Assembly (NCBI GenBank): GCA_017961365.1
Contig: JAGCXI010000068.1
Coordinates: forward strand, 1 to 62,164
Direction of reading: 5' to 3'
DNA: 62,164 nt
Source: Clostridia bacterium
GTDB taxonomy: Bacteria > Bacillota > Clostridia > Christensenellales > CAG-1252
Position numbers and translations under genes: made by a program. Shown piece after piece: positions 45,978 through 53,421 of the stretch (positions within the stretch are counted from its first letter, which is position 1; each line of letters starts with the position of its first letter). The notes under the pieces are model-generated. The model was not told the origin of the DNA. It saw nothing but the letters and a program-made list of their open reading frames with translations, and did not search any database.

Positions 45978-45991
45978 GAAGGAGGTGTCGT

Positions 45992-46585
45992 ATGAGTGGA
46001 AAGAGCGCAAAACTTAAAATAAGCAAGGTCATAACTTACATCTTGATCTTCCTCGTTTTGGTGGGCTGTTTAGGTTTCGTCGCCTATTTCACGAATGGGT
46101 TTACCGGTGATTTCAAAGAGTTCTATGTCAATGTTGACGGCAAGAACGTACTGGCAGAAGCGGAGGGGTATATGCTCGCAGCAGACGCCCCTCTATCCGC
46201 AAACGTCAAATACACGTTCGGCGCCATAAGCAAAGACATTTCGGGCTACCATCTCGCAGTCCTTCCCGCGACGGATTTCACCTTTACCGTAGATGGTGAA
46301 GAACACAAGTTCGCCGACGAGAAGGACCTCTCCGCGGGTTTTGAGATCATCGAAGGCGAGGAGGAGTTCACGCTGACGCCGAAGGGCTCGCTGATGGATA
46401 TCTTACAGGCAGTCTATTCGGATACGGAGATCGTTATGGATAAGAGCCAAATCTCCCTAGACAAAGACCTTTTTAAGGTCGTCGTCTATTCCGAGGACAA
46501 GTCCGCGAAGGTCGTCATCGGTTGCCGCCTCAAGGATCCCTTTATGGAGGGTGTGAGGTTGGATAAGGAGGTGATCACGTTTTGA
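45992..46585 (+). CDS. N-terminally anchored membrane protein
   Basis: GAAGGAGGTG RBS. TM segment VITYILIFLVLVGCLGFVAYF. 197 aa. Confidence 0.6.
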   Translation: MSGKSAKLKISKVITYILIFLVLVGCLGFVAYFTNGFTGDFKEFYVNVDGKNVLAEAEGYMLAADAPLSANVKYTFGAISKDISGYHLAVLPATDFTFTVDGEEHKFADEKDLSAGFEIIEGEEEFTLTPKGSLMDILQAVYSDTEIVMDKSQISLDKDLFKVVVYSEDKSAKVVIGCRLKDPFMEGVRLDKEVITF

Positions 46586-48003
46586 CCAGAGAGATTAGAA
46601 CGAGAGTAATCATTGGTTTTCTCGCTCTGATCTTGGGGGTAGGTGTCGTCCTATTGATGGCACTTTCCCCCACTATGGCAAGCGCGGAAACCAAAACCTA
46701 TTCGGGCGTATTGTCCGATCTCAAGCGCGACGCTACCTTCAAAGAAAGTAACTATCCGGAGAACCCAACGGACTATTCCCTCTCTATCATCCAAATAGCG
46801 GAGAGCGAGGACAGCGAACTATTCTTGTATGTCTACCAACCGAGCCGAAAGACCAAGGAACTGGCGGCGTGCTCGATCAATATCTCCACGACCATCAACG
46901 ATGCCATATCGTTCACGAACTATAAGCTGGAACTGCTAAATAGCAGCGGCGTGTTCTGCAAGTATAAGGTCAAGGATTTCACGGTACGGACGGATCCCGT
47001 CAGGTACTATGTCATCACTTCAATCTATCGTCCCTTCGACGAGTCCATAGACCTAGGAACGGGAAACAGCAATACCATTACCGAAGTCAACTACGCCGTG
47101 AACAAGCAATACTGTTTCGGATCGATCAACGGCAACCCGTACTGTTCCGTCGTGGATATAGAGACCATCGTCGTCACGGATAAGTTTGTCGGCTTCGTTC
47201 GTTACCCGGACGGATTCAAGCTGTATATCGGCGCTTGTGACGCTCACTTCGTCGCGTTCAACACGGACCGACCTATGGACAAGCTCTTAGAAGCTGACGT
47301 GTATTACACGCAACAGAAATACGAGATGTCCTCCGCAATGATCGTCGGAAAGCAAGAAACCTTCGGGACCAAAGAGGACAAGTATGCCTATTTGAAGTAC
47401 ACGGATAAGGTGGAACACAATGGCGGAGGTTGGTTCGCCGGGACGTACCGATGGGATCGTATTCAAACGGTTTCGGATTTCATATCCAAAGAAAACCGTG
47501 AGAATATTTACCATGGCGCCATCCTCGATGTGGAGACCTCTTCCAAGCTGACGGATGCGGCTCTTAGGGAGCTTCAAGGGAAACAATGGGTGTTGCGTTT
47601 CGCCGAAACGAGCTATGAGTTCAATTCGGTAAACGGTGTCACTTGGCAATTTTCATCCATCGTAGGTGACGTAACCATTCTGCGCTTGAAGTTCGAAACA
47701 GACGGTATCACCTATAACCTCGGTGTGATCGATAACAAGCAAACGGGAAGCACGGAGCCTGTGAATGAAGTAGAGTATGAGGTCAGCGTTTCAAGTCGAG
47801 CAAAGAAACTGCTCATGCTGTTGCTGTTGATCTTACTGCTCATCATCCTTGCACCAATCCTGCCCTATATCCTGAAAGTCGTGTTTTGGATCATCACACT
47901 ACCGTTCAAGATCCTCGGCGGCATTCTGAAGGCGTGGAAGAAAGCCAGAGAGAAACGGGCGGAGAGAAGGAATAAACCGCCACAACGAGATCCCACGGGA
48001 TAA
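46582..48003 (+). CDS. Protein with a signal-like N-terminus and a C-terminal TM anchor plus basic tail (adsorption/spike-like topology)
   Basis: TTG start after AAGGAGGTG, overlapping the upstream stop. N-terminus ...VIIGFLALILGVGVVLLMALSPTMASAE. C-terminus KKLLMLLLLILLLIILAPILPYILKVVFWIITLPFKILGG...KKAREKRAERRNK. Confidence 0.6.
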   Translation: MTREIRTRVIIGFLALILGVGVVLLMALSPTMASAETKTYSGVLSDLKRDATFKESNYPENPTDYSLSIIQIAESEDSELFLYVYQPSRKTKELAACSINISTTINDAISFTNYKLELLNSSGVFCKYKVKDFTVRTDPVRYYVITSIYRPFDESIDLGTGNSNTITEVNYAVNKQYCFGSINGNPYCSVVDIETIVVTDKFVGFVRYPDGFKLYIGACDAHFVAFNTDRPMDKLLEADVYYTQQKYEMSSAMIVGKQETFGTKEDKYAYLKYTDKVEHNGGGWFAGTYRWDRIQTVSDFISKENRENIYHGAILDVETSSKLTDAALRELQGKQWVLRFAETSYEFNSVNGVTWQFSSIVGDVTILRLKFETDGITYNLGVIDNKQTGSTEPVNEVEYEVSVSSRAKKLLMLLLLILLLIILAPILPYILKVVFWIITLPFKILGGILKAWKKAREKRAERRNKPPQRDPTG

Positions 48004-48077
48004 CCGAAGGATCACAATCAAACGGGCGTCGGCGGAGAAATCTGTCGGCGCCTTACTTTTATAAAGGAGGAAAAACA

Positions 48078-48209
48078 ATGAAAACAGTAAAAAGAATCGT
48101 GGCAGTCCTTGTGGTTGTCCTGATTATCGCCGTTGTGTCCTATATGGTCTATACGGCAAAACAAATAGATATGGATCAAGTCAAGGAGGCTGCCTATGCG
48201 AGTGCGTAA
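48078..48209 (+). CDS. 43-aa single-TM protein (candidate major coat/virion membrane protein). Not in the supplied ORF track.
   Basis: TAAAGGAGGAAAAACA RBS. MKTVKRIVAVLVVVLIIAVVSYMVYTAKQIDMDQVKEAAYASA. The stop at 48207-48209 overlaps the next gene, which starts at 48196. Confidence 0.5.
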   Translation: MKTVKRIVAVLVVVLIIAVVSYMVYTAKQIDMDQVKEAAYASA

Positions 48210-50310
48210 AGCATTGAATATCATCCTAACGGTCGCCTTATCCGGTTTGTTCCTATTGTTCGGGTACCGACATTTCACCGGATCGTATATCCGCCTCGGA
48301 GAGAGTTTTAAGGACTTGTTCGGGAGTTTGAAATACTACTTCTATATGCTCTTTGATAAGCCCGTGGGAGAAACGCCGCACGTCGCCGAGTATTCCGAGT
48401 TCGTGAAGTGGGAGATCCTACTTCCCAAAGACTTTGAAACCTTCAAATCGGGAGCTGCGGCGTACTTCAAGGCGCTGTTCAACGGCAAGAACTTCGTAGG
48501 CTGGCTGACCTCGGCACTGACCGATGTGGGAGGCTTCGCTAAGGTAATGATGTTGATCCTGCCGTGCATTGTCGTGGGAATCATCGTCATTAAGCGTATC
48601 TATGGACAGGAGAATACCGATCACGGCAAGGACACGGTGCCGTTGCGCGTCTATAAGTTCATATCGAAGAAAACCTATCAACCGACCAAGGGCTTTGTGC
48701 AGCAATACATAGAGTTCATAAAGGCCAATTCGTGGATTTTGATTTCTTGGGCGGTCTTGTGGGGCTTGCACTTCAATCTCGGCGCGATCGTCGTTGAGTT
48801 CTTCGCGTATTACTTCTTCTTTTCGGTATCATTCGGTTGGGAGACTTTGTACGTGCAGTTCGTCAAGCTCGTACTGGATCTTCAAACGATTATACGCTTC
48901 TTCCCGTGGTGGGTGCTAGCGTTCTTCGCCTATGCGATCTTCCATCATATTCGCAAGAAGATTGCACTTGCTCTGCTCCGAAACTACGAAGCGAGGAATT
49001 GCGGATTCATCAACAGCCTGCCGATCGTGTCTATCACTTGCGGGAGCATGGGCAAAAAGAAAACCACAATGATCACCGACATGACTCTCTCCCAAGAGGT
49101 TATGTTTCGGCAGAAAACCTTTGAGATCATCCAAAAGGGAGATATGCAATTTCCACACTTCCCGTGGATCCACTTTGAGGACGAACTGCTCCGCTGTATG
49201 GAACACGGCACCGTCTATAATCTCGCAACCGTTAAGGCTTGGGTGGCAAAGAAACAGGAGCGGTACGAAAAGCATCACAACAGCGACTTGCAACTCTACG
49301 GATACGATACCAAACGCTACGGTCTCGTGTATAACGATGCCCTGAAACCTCGCCATCTCTTCGAGGTCTTAGAAACCTATGGGCAGGCGTACTTTATCTA
49401 TGCCATGCAGACGAGCCTCATCGTAGCGAATTACTCCGTGCGAACGGACAACGAAATGGTGTCGGTCGGCAACTTCCCGATGTGGTTGACGGACTTTTTC
49501 GCCGAGGAGCGACGGAACAGTAGGCATTCTCATATCTTGGACTTTGATGTACTACGCCTCGGTAAGAAAGTGATGGAGAGCAATCCCAACGCAGGCAGTT
49601 TCGAGTTCGGTGTGGTAGCTATAACGGAGATCGGGAAAGAGCGCGGCAACAACCTTGAGTTGAAAGAGATCAAGAAGAAAAACGACGAGACCAACCAAAA
49701 GAACGACCTCTTCAATTCGTGGCTGAAAATGTGCCGTCATTCGGCGACCGTGGATAATTTCCCGTTTATCAAGGTGTTTACCGACGAACAACGGCCCGAA
49801 AGTTGGGGAGCGGACGCACGGGATCTTTGCGACATCGTGAATATCGCTCAAGCGGGAGAAACTAAACTTGCGCTGCCGTTCTACACCATAGAGGAAATGC
49901 TGTCCGAGTGGGCGTATAGCTGGTTCATTTCGCTGTATTACGACTTCCGCTATCGTCGAGGGGACAATACTCTCCTTGTGCACATCTTGAAGTCCGTGAC
50001 ATCGTGGCTTTGGAAACGAAATCATCGGATCTATAACCGTTTCGGGTACTCCGAATTGAAGGTTGAAAAGGAACGCGGGACGATGGACGGTCGCGCGGAA
50101 AGCAAGAAGTATTACCTCATGCACAACAAGATTTACAGCGGCAGGTTCACGACGGACTGCTTTTCGGATTATTTCAACGACTTAGCGAAGAAGACGCCGG
50201 TGGGACTCTTGGATTATCCGGAGTACGAGACCGAGAAAGCAAGCATCGACGAGCTGAAAATGCAGAACAGCTATTTCATCAATTCGCTGTATAAGGACGA
50301 GGAGGAATAA
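48196..50310 (+). CDS. 704-aa protein: N-terminal polytopic membrane domain plus a cytoplasmic domain with a deviant P-loop (candidate assembly/extrusion ATPase)
   Basis: AAGGAGG RBS. About 4-5 hydrophobic helices in residues 7-250. ITCGSMGKKKTT (residues 281-292) is Walker-A-like. FGVVAITEIG is a possible Walker B. Confidence 0.6.
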   Translation: MRVRKALNIILTVALSGLFLLFGYRHFTGSYIRLGESFKDLFGSLKYYFYMLFDKPVGETPHVAEYSEFVKWEILLPKDFETFKSGAAAYFKALFNGKNFVGWLTSALTDVGGFAKVMMLILPCIVVGIIVIKRIYGQENTDHGKDTVPLRVYKFISKKTYQPTKGFVQQYIEFIKANSWILISWAVLWGLHFNLGAIVVEFFAYYFFFSVSFGWETLYVQFVKLVLDLQTIIRFFPWWVLAFFAYAIFHHIRKKIALALLRNYEARNCGFINSLPIVSITCGSMGKKKTTMITDMTLSQEVMFRQKTFEIIQKGDMQFPHFPWIHFEDELLRCMEHGTVYNLATVKAWVAKKQERYEKHHNSDLQLYGYDTKRYGLVYNDALKPRHLFEVLETYGQAYFIYAMQTSLIVANYSVRTDNEMVSVGNFPMWLTDFFAEERRNSRHSHILDFDVLRLGKKVMESNPNAGSFEFGVVAITEIGKERGNNLELKEIKKKNDETNQKNDLFNSWLKMCRHSATVDNFPFIKVFTDEQRPESWGADARDLCDIVNIAQAGETKLALPFYTIEEMLSEWAYSWFISLYYDFRYRRGDNTLLVHILKSVTSWLWKRNHRIYNRFGYSELKVEKERGTMDGRAESKKYYLMHNKIYSGRFTTDCFSDYFNDLAKKTPVGLLDYPEYETEKASIDELKMQNSYFINSLYKDEEE

Positions 50311-50313
50311 GGT

Positions 50314-51213
50314 ATGCCATTTGAAGAAACGAAAGTATATTACGACGGTAGCCATTACGTGGCGATTCCCCACACCGAACGAGGTTCCCGAAAGCGTAAA
50401 AAGCTAAAGGAAGAGCCGATCGTGGTGGAGAATAGAACAACTACGCGGAAGGAGCTGTTCAATGATTTGTACGCCTCGTCGGAAAGCAAGACCAAACGAA
50501 GCAAGAAGAAGGAAATTACCGATCAGATGAAAGACTTTTTCCCCAATAAAAAGGACGCGGATATGTTCGTGGAAGAGAACTTCCAAAGGAAACGTCGCAA
50601 TCTTATTTGTCGAAGAACAAGGCTCTTTCGGAAGGCAGCGATGCAGGAGTTCAATTACTTTTGTACCTTCACCTATGATCCTCAAAAGATGGACGAAGAT
50701 ACTTTTCGAACAAAGCTACAATATGTGTTTAGACACAATAGCACGCGCAAAGGCTGGAAGTATATAGGGGTATGGGAGCGATCCCCGGAGAAGCACAGAC
50801 TTCACTTTCACGGGATCTTTTATATCCCCGACGGTACAATGCTCGGTGAATTTGAAGAAAAGAGCGATTACAGCATCGGAGACGCCAAACGGAGAAAGAC
50901 GAAGCAGAACACTTACTTCGCGGAACGCTTCGGGCGAAACGTCTTTGATCGCTTGGAACACACCACTGATGCAAATCGATCTTTGACGTACATTATAAAG
51001 TACCTCGAAAAAACGGAAGAACGGATCGTGTATTCCAAGGGAATGAAGCAATATTTCATATCGGATGTGATGGAGGAAGACGTCGCTTGTCCGTGCGGCA
51101 TCGGCGACGCAAAGCTTCTTTTATTCGATGACTTCATCTGCTACGATCAAGGGGAAATCAAGGGACAAGTATCGCCGAAAGTCATAGCGGAAATGCGGAA
51201 AACAGATTCGTGA
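50314..51213 (+). CDS. HUH-superfamily rolling-circle replication initiator (two-tyrosine, superfamily I type)
   Basis: AGGAGGAATAAGGT RBS. Motif 1 FCTFTY (116-121), motif 2 LHFHGIFY (H164-F-H166), motif 3 YIIKYLEK (Y226, Y230). Confidence 0.75.
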   Translation: MPFEETKVYYDGSHYVAIPHTERGSRKRKKLKEEPIVVENRTTTRKELFNDLYASSESKTKRSKKKEITDQMKDFFPNKKDADMFVEENFQRKRRNLICRRTRLFRKAAMQEFNYFCTFTYDPQKMDEDTFRTKLQYVFRHNSTRKGWKYIGVWERSPEKHRLHFHGIFYIPDGTMLGEFEEKSDYSIGDAKRRKTKQNTYFAERFGRNVFDRLEHTTDANRSLTYIIKYLEKTEERIVYSKGMKQYFISDVMEEDVACPCGIGDAKLLLFDDFICYDQGEIKGQVSPKVIAEMRKTDS

Positions 51214-51349
51214 TAAAGAACCGAAAAAGCAAACTGCATTTCGCCGCCGAGAGGAAACGAGGGCGCGACGCAAGCGGATTAGCGCGACCGCCCCGTCCTC
51301 CGCGGCGCAGTTGCTTCGGTTTTGATCGAATCGCCGCGCGCTATGCGGG

Positions 51350-51469
51350 CGTGTGCTTGTTGGCGGATCGAAGCGCGGCGACAGCCGCGCGAAGAGACGC
51401 CACTTGATATATACAAGCACACGTCCGAGTGCCAATTGTATTATCAAGCTTGTTTTATACAAGCACACG
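51350..51469. repeat. ori-like repeat cluster downstream of rep: ACAAGCACAC(G) in three copies (inverted at 51350-51360; direct ATACAAGCACACG at 51411-51423 and 51457-51469) plus the GC hairpin GCGCGGC-GACA-GCCGCGC (51373-51390)
   Basis: Read from the sequence. Confidence 0.6.
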
Positions 51470-51691
51470 CATTACTGCCAATCGAGGTTTTTTAGGTATT
51501 TTCGGTCAAAAACACAGTTGCTCTTTCGCTCGATTTTTCAGTAAAAATAGCTGTGGCTATTTGGAGCAGAGAGAGCGGCTTGATAAATATTTGCTAAGGT
51601 CTATTATTATGCTTTTTTGCGGTTTGTTCGACACCAGACACATACTTTGCATTGAACGACACTAACTTGTATTTTAAATAACTCTTGGTTC

Positions 51692-52939
51692 TTAATTTAT
51701 CGTTTGATTACTATATAGCAGTTTAATACTCTCTTTTAGTGAAGGCTCCCGATGAATTCCAAGAGCCAATAAGAATTCGACATATAGCTTTTTTTTCATG
51801 AATTCATATTCGTCATCACTTATAATATCGTTATAAACCACCGGATTTGTTATAATGAGATTTCGATCCAATCTAACATCATAATTGTTATCGTTCACAA
51901 ACACATTTTGGCAGTTTATAAGAGACAAGCAAACAAAGATTTTTCTATTGCTAAAAATGTTTTTAAAAACACTGGTATAGCTTTCTAACAAGCCTCCCAA
52001 TTGATTCCATAATGGGCACCATTCAAAATAATCTTTGCCGGAACTAGCATGACGTAATAAATCTCCTTGATTTAAGGGGCAAAGACATTCTACAATTCCG
52101 TTATATGTTATTAAACCTTCATAATTTCTGTAATCGCTTTCAGGTGAGGCGATGAATCTTAGCCCGTCCACACTGGGCAAAGATGTATGTCCACAATTAA
52201 AATGATTAAAGATATCACTAAATTTAATATGCTTAATAATACTTAACGCAAAAGGATTAATATTATAACTTGAATCAATAAACGTTTCAGGAATTAAATG
52301 AATAAGTAAAAATTTTTTACCATTATCCCAATTTATATTTGTTTTATCTTCGCAAAATTTTATCCGATCTAACCGAAAATTATAGATTTCTTTTTCCAAG
52401 ATAATTGATTGATTAAATCTATTTTTAAGTTCATTATAAGTCATAGAAAATTTCCTGTTCCCGTTTCTTGTGTATGCATAATATCTACATTGGTTTTCTA
52501 AAAATAAATATGGTGCAAAGTTATCGCTCTGAATGAACAAAACAACAACATATTTACCATTTTCAAGTTTGATAAAATGAAAAATAATAAAAGGAGTTTT
52601 GGGAAATATAGACAAAAGGTTGTTACGTCTTTCTTGTTCAAATGAATCCGTATTGTTGTTAGGAATATTAATCCCAACTATGTTCGTAGCTATACCATTT
52701 TTTTCAGAAATTCCAAAAATTAAATATCCACCTTCGGAATTAGCAAAAGAACAAACGTCGTTTTTAAATTCAACTATTTTTTCATTTCGTTTATTATCGT
52801 TTTTATCAAATTCTAGAAAAGCAAAATTTTCCTTGTAGTCTATATATTCGTTCTCTCTATAATCTTGGTTATCTAAGAGAAGTTTTAATTCATCCTCATT
52901 TATTTCTGTAAATGATTTCCCATTAATTGTTGGTAGCAT
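51692..52939 (-). CDS. AlbA_2 (Schlafen-like, divergent AAA_4) DNA-binding-domain protein with an unknown ~300-aa C-terminal domain
   Basis: ATG at 52939. ...ENEYIDYKENF........IVEFKNDVCSFANSEGGYLIFGISEKNG matches the AlbA_2 core (E..fK...........i....aFANt.GG.l.iGv). Confidence 0.65.
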   Translation of the reverse strand: MLPTINGKSFTEINEDELKLLLDNQDYRENEYIDYKENFAFLEFDKNDNKRNEKIVEFKNDVCSFANSEGGYLIFGISEKNGIATNIVGINIPNNNTDSFEQERRNNLLSIFPKTPFIIFHFIKLENGKYVVVLFIQSDNFAPYLFLENQCRYYAYTRNGNRKFSMTYNELKNRFNQSIILEKEIYNFRLDRIKFCEDKTNINWDNGKKFLLIHLIPETFIDSSYNINPFALSIIKHIKFSDIFNHFNCGHTSLPSVDGLRFIASPESDYRNYEGLITYNGIVECLCPLNQGDLLRHASSGKDYFEWCPLWNQLGGLLESYTSVFKNIFSNRKIFVCLSLINCQNVFVNDNNYDVRLDRNLIITNPVVYNDIISDDEYEFMKKKLYVEFLLALGIHREPSLKESIKLLYSNQTIN

Positions 52940-52943
52940 AGTT

Positions 52944-53309
52944 TTACTCCATAGTTTTGATTTTCGACTCGATATAAGATTGTTCTTCCACAGTAAGATA
53001 GTCACTCAAATCGACGCCCAATTTAACAAGCCCTTTACAGCCAAGCGCACATAAAAAATGACGTGCCGATAAGTATTTATCCTTCATTGTCTTTGGTTTG
53101 TGGGTGTTTATTCTATTCCATATTTTCATTTCTTCCTGATGCTTATTCGCTATCTCGACAATATGCTTGTTCATTTCGTGGAACCTTTGATCTAGGTATA
53201 AAAAATCCAGTTTATTCAGATCACGTTGAATATCATTTATATCATGACGGTCCTTAAACACATCAAAAAGTTTACGAAAATTATCCATTTCGTTAGGTTT
53301 CAGTTCCAT
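52944..53309 (-). CDS. Hypothetical 121-aa helical protein
   Basis: AAAGGAG RBS. The stop lies 4 nt before the AlbA_2 gene ATG. Confidence 0.55.
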   Translation of the reverse strand: MELKPNEMDNFRKLFDVFKDRHDINDIQRDLNKLDFLYLDQRFHEMNKHIVEIANKHQEEMKIWNRINTHKPKTMKDKYLSARHFLCALGCKGLVKLGVDLSDYLTVEEQSYIESKIKTME

Positions 53310-53386
53310 CTCGGGACTCCTTTTTCCGCATTAGGGCGTATTTCATGTGTTTTCACTTTAACATTTGTTGAAAACCTAGATGCCAT
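53300..53386 (-). CDS. Candidate 28-aa leader ORF (MASRFSTNVKVKTHEIRPNAEKGVPRWN)
   Basis: AAAGGAGAATTTATT-ATG. Its stop overlaps the ATG of the 121-aa gene (AGATGGAACTGA). Too short for the ORF track. Confidence 0.25.
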   Translation of the reverse strand: MASRFSTNVKVKTHEIRPNAEKGVPRWN

Positions 53387-53421
53387 AATAAATTCTCCTT
53401 TCTAAATATTATTTGTTTATA

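Larger units (their letters stand above)
40560..51690. mobile_element. Integrated element: serine recombinase, regulatory switch, and a rolling-circle Rep / membrane-protein module (candidate inovirus-like or pleomorphic virus-like prophage). Ends are approximate.
   Basis: Composition shifts relative to the GC-rich chromosome. A recombinase sits at the left junction. Plus-strand genes are tightly packed and end with an HUH Rep and ori-like repeats. Confidence 0.5.
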
